Positions 49,375-60,238 of a stretch of DNA of 64,000 bases are shown here, one piece after another. Numbering within the stretch: position 1 is the first letter of the stretch; each line of letters opens with the position of its first letter. A program made the translations under genes and the position numbers. The notes under the pieces are model-generated. The model had not been told where the DNA came from. It ran no database searches and was given only the letters and a program-made list of their open reading frames with translations. Source of the stretch: an uncultured virus (IMG/VR IMGVR_UViG_3300020500_000003) (Duplodnaviria; Heunggongvirae; Uroviricota; Caudoviricetes); the IMG/VR virus record IMGVR_UViG_3300020500_000003; one strand, given 5' to 3'.

Positions 49375-50085
49375 ATGGAACAAATGATAAAAAATATAAA
49401 ATCAAACTTTGAAAAACTCACTTTTGATGAAGATAAACATCAATATAGTGTAGATTCTATTAAACTAAAAGGTTCTGTATCATCAAAAATTGATAAATTT
49501 GTTGAGAAGGTAAACTTTGATGAAAAAGCTGAAAATAAAGCTATAAGATTAGGAATATCAAAAGAATCTCTTTTAGCTCAATGGGAAGAGGAAAAAAATA
49601 TAGCTTGTACTACAGGAAACAGAGTTCACTTATTTGGTGAACTCTACCCATTTAATAGAACTATGAAACCTTCTTGTCCTCAAGAAGTTGCTGTAACAAA
49701 ATTTTGGAATGACCTTCCTTCTCATATAGTTCCTGCTTGTTTAGAATTAAGAATGTATCATTTATATTTTATGTTTGCTGGTACATCAGATATATTATTA
49801 TTTGATACTATAAACAAAACTTTTATCATTGCTGATTATAAAACTAATAAAGACTTATTTAAAAATTTTAAGAAAAAAACTTTATTAGCTCCTTTTGAAA
49901 GATTATTAGATTCTCCCTTTAATAAATATCAAATACAACTTTCTTTTTATCAACTTCTATTTGAACAAACAGGATATAAAGTTTCATCAAGAAAAGTTAT
50001 TTGGTTATTAAAAACAGGAGAATATATTATGTATGATTGTGAAAATCTTACAAAAGAATTGCTCCAAGAATTAAATAAAGAATAA
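49375..50085 (+). CDS. PD-(D/E)XK nuclease (Cas4/RecB-like)
   Basis: GNRVH, AGTSDIL, IADYKT, YQIQLSFY. Confidence 0.85.
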   Translation: MEQMIKNIKSNFEKLTFDEDKHQYSVDSIKLKGSVSSKIDKFVEKVNFDEKAENKAIRLGISKESLLAQWEEEKNIACTTGNRVHLFGELYPFNRTMKPSCPQEVAVTKFWNDLPSHIVPACLELRMYHLYFMFAGTSDILLFDTINKTFIIADYKTNKDLFKNFKKKTLLAPFERLLDSPFNKYQIQLSFYQLLFEQTGYKVSSRKVIWLLKTGEYIMYDCENLTKELLQELNKE

Positions 50086-50086
50086 G

Positions 50087-50800
50087 ATGGCAAATACAAT
50101 AGGAGAATTAATTGAAAGAGTACAATCTGCTTATTCTAAAGGAGTAAGGAGTGATGATTCTCGTTTATCTAATAGACATATTTACAGTAAACTTAAAACT
50201 GTAAGAAATAAATTAATTTCTCAACAGCTTAAAAAAAGACAAAAGATAAGTGATTGGAATTTTGTTATACTGCCTTGTGTTGAATTAATTCAAGTTGAAA
50301 AACATGATTGTCCTTGTTTACCTCCTATTGGTTGTAAAGTGTATAGAACAAAAGAAAAATTACCTAAAGTTTTAACTGATTTGGATAAACATATCATTCA
50401 ATGGGTTATGACTATTGAAAGTAGTAAAATCATTACTGAAACAACAAGAGAAGCATATTTATATTCAGATGGTAATAAATATACTAAAAAGAATATGAAT
50501 TATATTTTAGAAAATGGATATATTTATGTTTATGGAGAACATGTACCAAAATTAATTAAAATTAAATTATTACCTGAAAATCCAATTGAAGCATATAATT
50601 TTCCATCTTATTGTAAACAAGATTGTACAGATTGTGAAGATGATTGTGGTAGTATGTTAGACAAAATATTTCCTATGGATGGAGATATGATAGAAACATT
50701 ATTAGAAATGTCTTTTCCAGAATTAATAAATATTTTTTCTCAAATGACAGAAGATATAACAAATAACACATCTGACACAAATGATAAAAACAGACAGTAA
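50087..50800 (+). CDS. putative tail ring/structural protein
   Basis: Cys clusters; synteny with the crAss tail block. Confidence 0.6.
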   Translation: MANTIGELIERVQSAYSKGVRSDDSRLSNRHIYSKLKTVRNKLISQQLKKRQKISDWNFVILPCVELIQVEKHDCPCLPPIGCKVYRTKEKLPKVLTDLDKHIIQWVMTIESSKIITETTREAYLYSDGNKYTKKNMNYILENGYIYVYGEHVPKLIKIKLLPENPIEAYNFPSYCKQDCTDCEDDCGSMLDKIFPMDGDMIETLLEMSFPELINIFSQMTEDITNNTSDTNDKNRQ

Positions 50801-51266
50801 TATTAGAAAAAGTTATAGATTATATAAACAATTACATACTAAAGAAGACAATCATTTAATAGTAGATATTAAAACTTACATAGATATAGCAAATAAATAT
50901 AATAAATTTTTACTGGATAAAGTTTTAGATGGAGAAGAAGTAACTTTACCTGCTAAAATGGGTACAATTTATATCAGAGGTAGTAAACAAAAAATCAGAT
51001 TTGATGAAAATGGTTTACCTTTGTTAGCTCCTGATTGGACAAAAACATTAGCTTATTGGAAAAATAATCCTCAAGCTAAAGAAGATAAAAAATTATTATA
51101 TTGTACTAATGAACATACTGATGGAGTAAGATATAAAATTATTTGGTCTAAAAAAAGAATTATGGTTGAAAATAAAACTCTTTACAGTTTAAGATTAACC
51201 AGAACTAATAAGAGAAATATAAGTGCTACTATTAAAAAAGGAAAAGAATATCTAATTAAAAAATAA
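50781..51266 (+). CDS. IHF/HU-like protein (crAss tail-block type)
   Basis: VLDGEEVTLPAKMGTIYI; PDWTKT...NEHTDG. Confidence 0.7.
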   Translation: MIKTDSNIRKSYRLYKQLHTKEDNHLIVDIKTYIDIANKYNKFLLDKVLDGEEVTLPAKMGTIYIRGSKQKIRFDENGLPLLAPDWTKTLAYWKNNPQAKEDKKLLYCTNEHTDGVRYKIIWSKKRIMVENKTLYSLRLTRTNKRNISATIKKGKEYLIKK

Positions 51267-51271
51267 ATATT

Positions 51272-51553
51272 ATGTCAGCATTAGAAACAAGTAAAGCAAT
51301 TGAATCAGCAGAATTTGAAGGTAAAAGAGAATTTAAGTTACCAGAAGGAGCAACTATTATTAAAAATAGTCATACCATAAGTGTAAGAGAAATCGAAAAT
51401 GGTTTTATATTGAGAAAATCTTATGATATAAAATGGATGTTAGGAGATGATTCAAACTATGAATATTTCAGTAAAGAATGGTGGTCTAAAGAAAACCCTT
51501 TAAAAATAACAATGCCTAAAGAAGAAAAATCTTTAGCTGATAAATTAGATTAA
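51272..51553 (+). CDS. hypothetical protein
   Basis: 93 aa; ISVREIENGFILR. Confidence 0.7.
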   Translation: MSALETSKAIESAEFEGKREFKLPEGATIIKNSHTISVREIENGFILRKSYDIKWMLGDDSNYEYFSKEWWSKENPLKITMPKEEKSLADKLD

Positions 51554-51554
51554 T

Positions 51555-52523
51555 ATGCAAAAATTTCAGTTTGTAAAAATAGATTCAATCCTTGCTAAAT
51601 TTCAAAGAGATTTTAAAGGTCTTGATATAAATGAAGATGATGCTATTGAATGGATAGGAGAAGCATTAGGTTTTATGAAAATAGTTAGTGCATCAGAAGA
51701 AGCTATTGCTTTCATTGAAGTAAAAAACTATCATGCTTCTATACCACCTGGTCTTCATTATATAACTCAAATAGCAAGAAATAATGATTGGGAAAAACCA
51801 GAAGACACAAATAGTTGTGCATCTAATACTATTGCTCAAATTGAAACAGAAATTAATTGTTGTAATGAACAACCTAAACATTTATCAAATGAACAAGTTT
51901 CAGTTACATGGGATGAAGAACAATCTCAATATGTAGTGGAATTAAATTTACCATTATCTTTTCAAAATTGGATTGGTTCAACATATAAAAAAACTAAATA
52001 TACTCCTGTAAGATTAGCTAATCATTCTTTTTTAAATACATTAGTTTGTAAAGAAAAGGATATGGAAGATGTGTATTGTAGAGATTGTGATGATAGAGAT
52101 GAATATACAATAGTACAAGACCAATTGAGATTTAATTTTAAAAGTGGTCTTATAGCTTTAGCATATATTAGACAAATGATTGATTCTGAAACTGGTTATC
52201 CAATGATACCTGATGATGAATCAGCAAGAGCAGCTATTACTTATTATCTTGGTTGGAAAGTAAAAGAAACAGAAGCATGGAATCATAGAGAAGGTGCTAT
52301 GCAACTTGCTCAAATAGCTGAACAACATTGGTTAAAATATATTAAGCAGTTTAAAAATAAAGCTAAAATGCCTACAGGTGTGGACCAATATCAAAATTTA
52401 ATGGAACAATCAAATTATTTGATTCCTAATCATAATAGATATTATGGTTTCTTTGGTAAATTAGGTACTGCTGAAAATAGAACATTTAATGGTTCAAGAA
52501 AAATAACAAACTATGCGAGATAA
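51555..52523 (+). CDS. tail tubular/ring protein (P22 gp4-like)
   Basis: EWIGEAL...ETGYPMIPDD; precedes the muzzle gene as in crAss-like phages. Confidence 0.7.
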   Translation: MQKFQFVKIDSILAKFQRDFKGLDINEDDAIEWIGEALGFMKIVSASEEAIAFIEVKNYHASIPPGLHYITQIARNNDWEKPEDTNSCASNTIAQIETEINCCNEQPKHLSNEQVSVTWDEEQSQYVVELNLPLSFQNWIGSTYKKTKYTPVRLANHSFLNTLVCKEKDMEDVYCRDCDDRDEYTIVQDQLRFNFKSGLIALAYIRQMIDSETGYPMIPDDESARAAITYYLGWKVKETEAWNHREGAMQLAQIAEQHWLKYIKQFKNKAKMPTGVDQYQNLMEQSNYLIPNHNRYYGFFGKLGTAENRTFNGSRKITNYAR

Positions 52524-55500
52524 TAATACAGTAATTCAACCTGGAGGATTAAGTACAGATACCTCTTATGTAAATCAACCTCAAGGAGCAACTACATTTG
52601 TTTTAAATGGAGTAAATGAAACAGTTGAAGGAGATAAAGGTTTCATTGCTAATGAAGAATCTAATGAACCATGTTATCCTATACCTCAAGGTTTTACACC
52701 AATAGGTAAAGTTTATATTGGTAATGATGAAACATTATTGTTTTTATGTTCAACTAATGGTGATTCAATGTTAGCAATAGTTGATAGAGAATGTAATTTT
52801 TCTATTCAAGTAAGTGATGTAAATCAAACTGAAAAATTTGGATTTAAAATAAGTCAGCAAATTGATGCAACTTTTAGATTGAGAAAAGGTTGTGAAAGAG
52901 TTATATATTGGATTGACCCTAAACCAAGAATATTTATATTAGAAAAACCAGAAAAGTTTCAAGATAATAATACAGGAGATTGGGATATTTCAAAATTCAA
53001 TTTATTTAAAATTTATAAAACAATACCTAATTTTGATGAAATTGAAGTATTAAATAATGGAGGTAACTTATTATCAGGCAGTTATAATTTTTCTATTCAA
53101 TATTTAGATGAGGATTTGAATCCTACAGAATTTATAACAAGTAGTGAAACAGTTCAAGTATATAATAGTGATTTTACATTACCTTTTAAAGATATAAGAG
53201 GTTCTACAAATACAGTAACAGAATATCAAAATTTTGGAAGGTCAGATAAAGCTATAAAAGTAGTATTATCTAATTTAGATGAAACTTTTCCTTTCTATAG
53301 ATTAGCTATTACAGAAGCTACAGGTGGTACAGGACAAATTACTGATACTAAATTTACACAAGAAATTTCTACTCAAAATAATGTGTTTACATATACAGGA
53401 AATAATTTTGAATCTTCTGGTACACAATCAGATGTATTAGTATTTAAAAATATTATAGAGAAAGCAGAAAGTATTGAACAAGTAGAAAATACATTATTAT
53501 TAGGAAATGTAAAAGGTAAAGAAGTAAATTTATGTAATCTACAAAAATATGCCAGTAAAATCTGTGCTGATATGGTTACAAAAAAAGTAGCTTTAAATAA
53601 CTTAATAGAGGGTAATAGTAAACATGCTTCTGTTAATTTAGAAGGATTAGGTTACATGCCAGGAGAAATATATTCTTTTGGTATTGTATATATATTTGAT
53701 GATAATACTTTAACTCCTGTTTATCATATACCAGGAAAAAGCAATTTGATTGCAGCAGATACTATATTTGATGCTGGTCAAAACATATATCCTATGGCAC
53801 TTAATAACACAAGTGCTGATAATGAATATACTGATAATGATAGTTGTGGAGGAATTAATTATTGGGGAGTAGATTCAGAAGGTACACAATTAACAGGTCA
53901 ATTAGTAAGACATCATAGATTTCCATTAAGAACAGATGTTAATATACCATTAATAGAAAGAATTAGCTCAAACTCAACAACAAATGTATTTAAAAGAATA
54001 AAGGTAAATATTGCAGGAAGTATTCCTACACCTACAACTTGTCCATTAGAAGATGAACCAGGATATGACCCAGCTTGTGTACCTATAGTTGCTAATACAT
54101 TTCAGTATCAAATTAATTATACTAAAGATGGTGCAACAGAATTAAATGAATTTATAGGACAAGTTAGACCTTCTGATTATGCAAGTAGTAATCCTTCATA
54201 TATAATATCTGAAAATGATTATTCTAATATAATAGTTGCTGCATTAGTAACTTTTATAACTCTTGATGAAAGTCAAGAGAATGGAGATATATTAAGAATT
54301 ACTGGTACACTTTCAGGAGGAGTTTTTACAGCTACTTCTACAAATGGAGATTTATTAAGTCCTACAACAGGATTACCTACAGGTACTATAAAACCAGGTA
54401 GAAATTTAACTTATACAATATCATTATCAAATGATGTAGTTGAAACTAAAGATGAACAATTTACTTCTGATATTTTTGGTATTCATTTTTCTAATATAGA
54501 AATTCCTTCTGAATTGGAATTAAATGGTAATAAAATAGTAGGTTATTACATTGTAAGAAATGAAAGAATTGAAGATGAAAAAACTATATTAGATAGTGCA
54601 GTTTTAACTTCAACTATACAAAATGCACAATTTGTATCTTCTGGTTTATTGATGCCAGAATTGAGTAATGATGCAAGAGTTAAAAAAGATATAGTAAGTT
54701 TAATTAATCCAGAGTTTAAATTCAATGATAAAAAATATAAAAATGTAACTAAAATAATTCAACAAGGTAGTTTTACAAGACATGAAGCTATTCATAGTAG
54801 AACAAAAATCATTGATGTTCAAGATGGTAATTCATATCAAAGTGGTATGAAAGATGCTGAAAATGGTAGATTTCAAGGTAATGGTAATAATGGTCCTGAT
54901 GGATTTCTATTACAAATAAAAACAAGAGATAATATTACTGATTTTGCAAATAAAAATTCTTTTGAAATTGATGCTTCAAAAATCAAAGAAATATTTTATT
55001 TACCAGCTTTAGGAGATAAATTAATACAGGATTCAAATGATGTAGGTGTAGATGTATTTAATCTTGGTTGTGATAACAAAGTAGGTATAATGTCATTAAA
55101 TGAAAATATTACCTTTCCTATTGTAAATGATGTACCTTATGTGTATTTGATAAAAGATAATGCTAATCCATATAATAATTTTAGATTAACACCTTATTAC
55201 AAAGAAACAAAAAATCCTATATATTTTACTTCCACAGAATCAAAATGTGATGTATTTAATGGGGATAGTTATATAACACCTTTGAGATATACAAATAGTA
55301 TATTTTATAATAATAGATTAAGAAAAAGAGCTGCTAAAACTTCTGTATGGAATTATATAGTAGCAGGATTACTTGTTATAGTTGCTGTAGTAATTGCTAT
55401 CTTTACTTGGGGAGCAGGAACAGCAGGAAGTATAGCTTTAATTGGTGTAGCAGCAGCTATGGTAGGTGGAGCAGCAGCACTTGTAGCTTCTGGTATAAAA

Positions 55501-58398
55501 CAAGATGCTTGGGCAAGAGCATATAGTGATTTATATGATAAAGGTTTAAGAGAAACAATAGTAGATAATTATATTCTATATGATTCAGACCCTAATAATG
55601 GAGAACAAAGAGGTTTTGCTAAAAATCCACCAGATGATGAAATTCAATGGTTAGGAGAATGTTTAAATTTATGGTTTGAATCTAATGTAAATATGAATTT
55701 AAGACAAGGTGCTACTGATAATACACCTGACTTTCTTAATGCTCCTGGTAATAGAGAATTAGGAACTTCTTATGGAGAATGGGATGAAGAATACTTTGGA
55801 ATACATTCAGTTGGTTCAAGAGAAATTGCTCCTACAAATTCTTTAGATATTCACATGGTTAAAAAATTAACTTATTTAAATAGTGGTAGAAAAGGAGGTA
55901 AATCATATATAGGATTAGCATTAGCTGAAATATATCAAATCAATCAAGATTATAAAAGAAGAAACAAAGAAAAAATATATAACCATTTACCATTAGAATA
56001 TGATTGCTGTTCAGATTGTACTGAAACTTTTCCTCATAGACTACATTGGTCTCAACAAGCATTTCAAGAAGAATTAACAGATAATTTTAGAAACTTTTTA
56101 CCAAACAATTATAAAGATATTGAAGGAGAAACAGGAGTAATAACTGATTTATTCAGAATACAAAATAATCTTTATATTCATACAGAAGAAGCATTATGGC
56201 ATCAACCACAAAATTTTCAAGAAAGAGTAACAGATAATATCATTTCTTTCATTGGAACAGGAGAATATTTTAATATACCACCAAGAAAAATTGTTGATGA
56301 TAATAATAGTTCTTCTGGTAATACTCATAAATGGGGTAGATTGAAAACAAAAAATGGAGTATTGTTTCCTTGTCATAAAGAGAAAAAATGGTACTTGTTT
56401 AATGGGCAATCTCTTCAACCAATTTCTGATACATACAACTCTAATTATTTTAGAGAAAATATGAAATTTAGAATGGCTGAAAGTTATTATAATGCTAATC
56501 ATATTAATTATCCATATAATAATAATCCATCAAATCCTATTGGTGTTGGTTATATATCTACTTATGATACTAAAAAAGAAAGATTGATTATAACTAAAAA
56601 AGATTTTGATATTGCTGGTTTACCTGATGGAGATTATCAATTATGCAATGAAGGTTTAGGAACAGTAATATTTCCTAACTTGTCTCAAATTATTGCTAAT
56701 AGATTAGCTAATGGTTGGAATTATATTGGTGTAGAGAATTGTAAATTAAAATTTGAAAAAACAGTAATAGAAACAAGAATAGAAATAAGAACAATAACTA
56801 CTAATGTTCCTAATAATAGTGATATAGTTATACAGTTTGATAGGTCTGGTAGTTTTGGTAATGCAGGAGTTGCTAATGTCAAAGTAGCTGTATTAGCTTG
56901 GTTTACTCAATTTAAAATTGATAATCCAACATTTACAGGAAGATTGATTTATGTTTTAGCTGTTGAAAGATGTAGTGGTCAAGCATGGTTGAGTGTATTA
57001 AGATGGTTACAAAACAGTCAGCAAATATTTTTAGTAGATAATTCAGCAAATCCTTTAGTTGGTGTAGAAACACCAATAACTAATTTTAATACTATAAGTA
57101 GAAACATAATCATAGTTTCTACTGTAAATGAAGCAGCTATTAATAATTGTGGAGGTACTGGGGAATATCATACAAGTGGTATTAGTAATCCTACAGATGC
57201 TCCTTCTACAGAATATATTAATGATTTTAATGATTACAATACAAGATATGATGCATTAATTGCTGCTGGATATAGTATTCATGGATTACAATACCCTATT
57301 GTTTATACAAGTATTCCTGGTCCTACAAGAGGTATGTTACAACATAGTATATCTGCTATTACAGGTAGAACATTAAATGCAACGGAATTAGCTTTTTTAA
57401 CAGCTAATATTAATCCTTTTGTTCCAACAGGAGATTATGCTTTATTATTAACAGCATTAGCAGGAGTAAATCCATATCCATCAGGTTTAAGTCAAAGAAA
57501 TTGGCAATATAAACATACAAGGGGTTGGGATGGTACTGGAGATATAATTACTCCTTTACAATTTGCTACCGATATAAATGGTTTTCTTGGAAGTTTAACT
57601 ACAACAACACAAGTTGAAGTAGAAGTACAAGTACCAGTAATGACTTATGAATATGAGAATGGTATTCCATTAGAAACTAATTTATTAAACAATAGTTTTA
57701 CAATGAGTTATTCATTGAAAGATACAAAATGGATTTCTTGGCATTCATATTTACCAAGTTTCTATATGCATGTTCAAGAGAAGTTTTATTCTTGGAGAGA
57801 AGGTTTATCAAATATTTGGAGACATGGTAGAAAGAATCATTATCAGAATTTCTATGGAGAAAGACATCCTTTTATAATAGAGTATGTTGATAATTCAAAT
57901 GCTTTGATTAGTAAAATATATGATGCAATCAAATTTCAAACAGAAGCAAAACAGTATGATATTGCTACAGATAGTTATGTTGATAAAAGATATATAACTT
58001 TTAATAAAGTGATGGCTTATAATACCCATCAAATAAGTGGTATTCTTGATATGCTGGTAAAAGATGTTGATTTAGAATATATGAACAATCAAGTAGAAAA
58101 TTCAGCAGGATTTATTAATCTTGATAGAAATGAAAGAGATTGGTGCATTAATGATTTAAGAGATTTGTCTGTAAATCCTAATGTATCTATATTCAATAAA
58201 AACTTAACAAGTTTACAAGCAGATTATTTTATAGATAAAATAGTTAATAGTAATAGAATTGACTATAATAAAGATTGGACTGAAATGGAAAGTTTTAGAG
58301 ATAAATTCTTGGTGGTTAGATTGATATTTGATACCTTTGACACCACAAGATTAATTATGAACTTCTCTGTACAGGATTCAAAAGTATCTGAAAGATAG
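52513..58398 (+). CDS. tail stabilisation / muzzle protein (P22 gp10-like), 1961 aa with insertions
   Basis: GGLSTD N-terminus, PGEIYSFGIVY, RHHRFP, FRNFLPNNYKD, WISWHSYLP, FRDKFLVVRL; synteny. Confidence 0.8.
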   Translation: MRDNNTVIQPGGLSTDTSYVNQPQGATTFVLNGVNETVEGDKGFIANEESNEPCYPIPQGFTPIGKVYIGNDETLLFLCSTNGDSMLAIVDRECNFSIQVSDVNQTEKFGFKISQQIDATFRLRKGCERVIYWIDPKPRIFILEKPEKFQDNNTGDWDISKFNLFKIYKTIPNFDEIEVLNNGGNLLSGSYNFSIQYLDEDLNPTEFITSSETVQVYNSDFTLPFKDIRGSTNTVTEYQNFGRSDKAIKVVLSNLDETFPFYRLAITEATGGTGQITDTKFTQEISTQNNVFTYTGNNFESSGTQSDVLVFKNIIEKAESIEQVENTLLLGNVKGKEVNLCNLQKYASKICADMVTKKVALNNLIEGNSKHASVNLEGLGYMPGEIYSFGIVYIFDDNTLTPVYHIPGKSNLIAADTIFDAGQNIYPMALNNTSADNEYTDNDSCGGINYWGVDSEGTQLTGQLVRHHRFPLRTDVNIPLIERISSNSTTNVFKRIKVNIAGSIPTPTTCPLEDEPGYDPACVPIVANTFQYQINYTKDGATELNEFIGQVRPSDYASSNPSYIISENDYSNIIVAALVTFITLDESQENGDILRITGTLSGGVFTATSTNGDLLSPTTGLPTGTIKPGRNLTYTISLSNDVVETKDEQFTSDIFGIHFSNIEIPSELELNGNKIVGYYIVRNERIEDEKTILDSAVLTSTIQNAQFVSSGLLMPELSNDARVKKDIVSLINPEFKFNDKKYKNVTKIIQQGSFTRHEAIHSRTKIIDVQDGNSYQSGMKDAENGRFQGNGNNGPDGFLLQIKTRDNITDFANKNSFEIDASKIKEIFYLPALGDKLIQDSNDVGVDVFNLGCDNKVGIMSLNENITFPIVNDVPYVYLIKDNANPYNNFRLTPYYKETKNPIYFTSTESKCDVFNGDSYITPLRYTNSIFYNNRLRKRAAKTSVWNYIVAGLLVIVAVVIAIFTWGAGTAGSIALIGVAAAMVGGAAALVASGIKQDAWARAYSDLYDKGLRETIVDNYILYDSDPNNGEQRGFAKNPPDDEIQWLGECLNLWFESNVNMNLRQGATDNTPDFLNAPGNRELGTSYGEWDEEYFGIHSVGSREIAPTNSLDIHMVKKLTYLNSGRKGGKSYIGLALAEIYQINQDYKRRNKEKIYNHLPLEYDCCSDCTETFPHRLHWSQQAFQEELTDNFRNFLPNNYKDIEGETGVITDLFRIQNNLYIHTEEALWHQPQNFQERVTDNIISFIGTGEYFNIPPRKIVDDNNSSSGNTHKWGRLKTKNGVLFPCHKEKKWYLFNGQSLQPISDTYNSNYFRENMKFRMAESYYNANHINYPYNNNPSNPIGVGYISTYDTKKERLIITKKDFDIAGLPDGDYQLCNEGLGTVIFPNLSQIIANRLANGWNYIGVENCKLKFEKTVIETRIEIRTITTNVPNNSDIVIQFDRSGSFGNAGVANVKVAVLAWFTQFKIDNPTFTGRLIYVLAVERCSGQAWLSVLRWLQNSQQIFLVDNSANPLVGVETPITNFNTISRNIIIVSTVNEAAINNCGGTGEYHTSGISNPTDAPSTEYINDFNDYNTRYDALIAAGYSIHGLQYPIVYTSIPGPTRGMLQHSISAITGRTLNATELAFLTANINPFVPTGDYALLLTALAGVNPYPSGLSQRNWQYKHTRGWDGTGDIITPLQFATDINGFLGSLTTTTQVEVEVQVPVMTYEYENGIPLETNLLNNSFTMSYSLKDTKWISWHSYLPSFYMHVQEKFYSWREGLSNIWRHGRKNHYQNFYGERHPFIIEYVDNSNALISKIYDAIKFQTEAKQYDIATDSYVDKRYITFNKVMAYNTHQISGILDMLVKDVDLEYMNNQVENSAGFINLDRNERDWCINDLRDLSVNPNVSIFNKNLTSLQADYFIDKIVNSNRIDYNKDWTEMESFRDKFLVVRLIFDTFDTTRLIMNFSVQDSKVSER

Positions 58399-58432
58399 TA
58401 AATATTAATTTGTAAAAAAATTCATTTTCATT

Positions 58433-60235
58433 ATGAAAAAAAAATGTGCTACAAAAAAGAAATATGGTTATGGTTCAAGTGGAGTTGGTAGTAACTATAT
58501 AGAAAATCCTGCTACAACTATAGCTAAAGGAGATATAATGAATGCAGAAGCAGAAAGAAAAGCTGCTAACAATCCCTGGATTCCTATTACTTTAATGGCT
58601 GGTCAATTGGCTTCTACAGCTATTTCTGCTGGAGCAGGAAAAAGTGGTAGTGCATCAAGTAAAAGTCCTCAAATATCAGGAGAAGGATTAGCTCCTGATG
58701 CAATACCTGCTTCTAATAATTTTAATTCAGGAACTTTTATGTCTCCACAGCAACAATCTGTATTTGAAGATAGAACTATAGCAGCTATGGGAAATAACAA
58801 TGCTTCTGGTCCTATTGAAGTAGAAGGTGAAGAAGTTATTGAAACACCAGCAGGAGAAGTAGCAGAAGTCAAAGGTGCATCACATGAAGAAGGAGGAGTA
58901 GATATGAATGTTCCAGAAGGAACTAAAATATACTCTAAAAGAATTGAGAAGTTTGGTGAAACTATGGCTGAAAGAAAAAAAGTCAGAGAAAAAAAACTAA
59001 CCAATCTTAATAAATTATTAGAAAATTCTAAAGGGGATATTGCTGTAAAAAATGCTCATGCAAGAAGTGTTGAAGCACTTAATGAACAAGAACAAGCTGA
59101 TTTACAAACTCAAGAAATGTATGGAGTTATGGCTGCTGTACAAGAGTATGCTTTTGGTACAGATGAGAATGGTGTTAGAAAATATTGGAATGGAGGAGAA
59201 GTGGAATTTGATGAATTTGGTAATCCTATTCCAAATAAAAATATTTTCAACATTAAAAATCAAATTATTACTCCAGGTGTAGTTGGTACTGGAAAATCAG
59301 TAAATAAAAAATATGCTACTGTTGAGAATAAACCAAATTCACCATTACCAACTTTTGCTAATAACTTTGGAGAAAGTTTACCAGCAAGTAAAGATTATGG
59401 TGCAGGAGATTTTATAAAAGGATTTGATAAAGGTGAACCTGATACAATATCTTTAACTGATGAACAAGTATTAAACAAGAATGGTAAATATGATGGTTAT
59501 TCTCATCCTGAATTAGCACCAGAAAAACAAACTGTAGATAAACCAGGTAGTGTAGCAAGTAGATTTATAGATGGTGCTGGAAAATTTGTAGATAAATCAG
59601 GTTTTGAAATGCCTGGTACTGGAGATTTAGTTGGTATTGCTGGAGATTTAATATCTACATTTAGTCCAATGAAAAATACTTTAGAAAATAGAGCAGGAGA
59701 TACACCTAATATAAATGCTTATAAAGATTTTGGTAAAGATGCATTAGAAGCCAATTTAGCTGCTATGGAAATGAGTGCTGGTCAAAAAGCAGAATCATTA
59801 AGAAAAATAACAGCAAGTGCTAATGGTGCTAAAAGAATTGGTAGAAATTCAGCAAGAGGTATTAACCAAATGAGAGCATTAGATTTAGCAACTGATATAA
59901 ATGCTAATGAAGCAAATCAAGGTGCTGTTGATAGTTTTCAAAGAACAATGCAAGAATTACTTGGACAAAAAGCTGGTTTAGAAAACCAACAAGACCAAGC
60001 TGTAATGAGTGGAGAACAAGAAAGAGATTTGAATGATAGAAAAGATAGAGATAATTTTTATACTCAATTAGGTAAAGATAAATCTACTATGGGAGAAGGA
60101 GTTCAAAATATTGGTAAAGATTTGAATGCTATGAAGCAAAATAAAATGATGACAAATGTTATCAATCAATTATCTAAATATGGATTAGCTTTTGATGAAA
60201 AAGGTAATCTAATTGAAAAACCTAAAACAACATAA
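58433..60235 (+). CDS. putative internal virion (cargo/ejection) protein
   Basis: EVEGEEV...GASHEEGG motif, Ala/Gln/Asn-rich helical C-terminus; follows the muzzle gene. Confidence 0.6.
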   Translation: MKKKCATKKKYGYGSSGVGSNYIENPATTIAKGDIMNAEAERKAANNPWIPITLMAGQLASTAISAGAGKSGSASSKSPQISGEGLAPDAIPASNNFNSGTFMSPQQQSVFEDRTIAAMGNNNASGPIEVEGEEVIETPAGEVAEVKGASHEEGGVDMNVPEGTKIYSKRIEKFGETMAERKKVREKKLTNLNKLLENSKGDIAVKNAHARSVEALNEQEQADLQTQEMYGVMAAVQEYAFGTDENGVRKYWNGGEVEFDEFGNPIPNKNIFNIKNQIITPGVVGTGKSVNKKYATVENKPNSPLPTFANNFGESLPASKDYGAGDFIKGFDKGEPDTISLTDEQVLNKNGKYDGYSHPELAPEKQTVDKPGSVASRFIDGAGKFVDKSGFEMPGTGDLVGIAGDLISTFSPMKNTLENRAGDTPNINAYKDFGKDALEANLAAMEMSAGQKAESLRKITASANGAKRIGRNSARGINQMRALDLATDINANEANQGAVDSFQRTMQELLGQKAGLENQQDQAVMSGEQERDLNDRKDRDNFYTQLGKDKSTMGEGVQNIGKDLNAMKQNKMMTNVINQLSKYGLAFDEKGNLIEKPKTT

Positions 60236-60238
60236 GAA

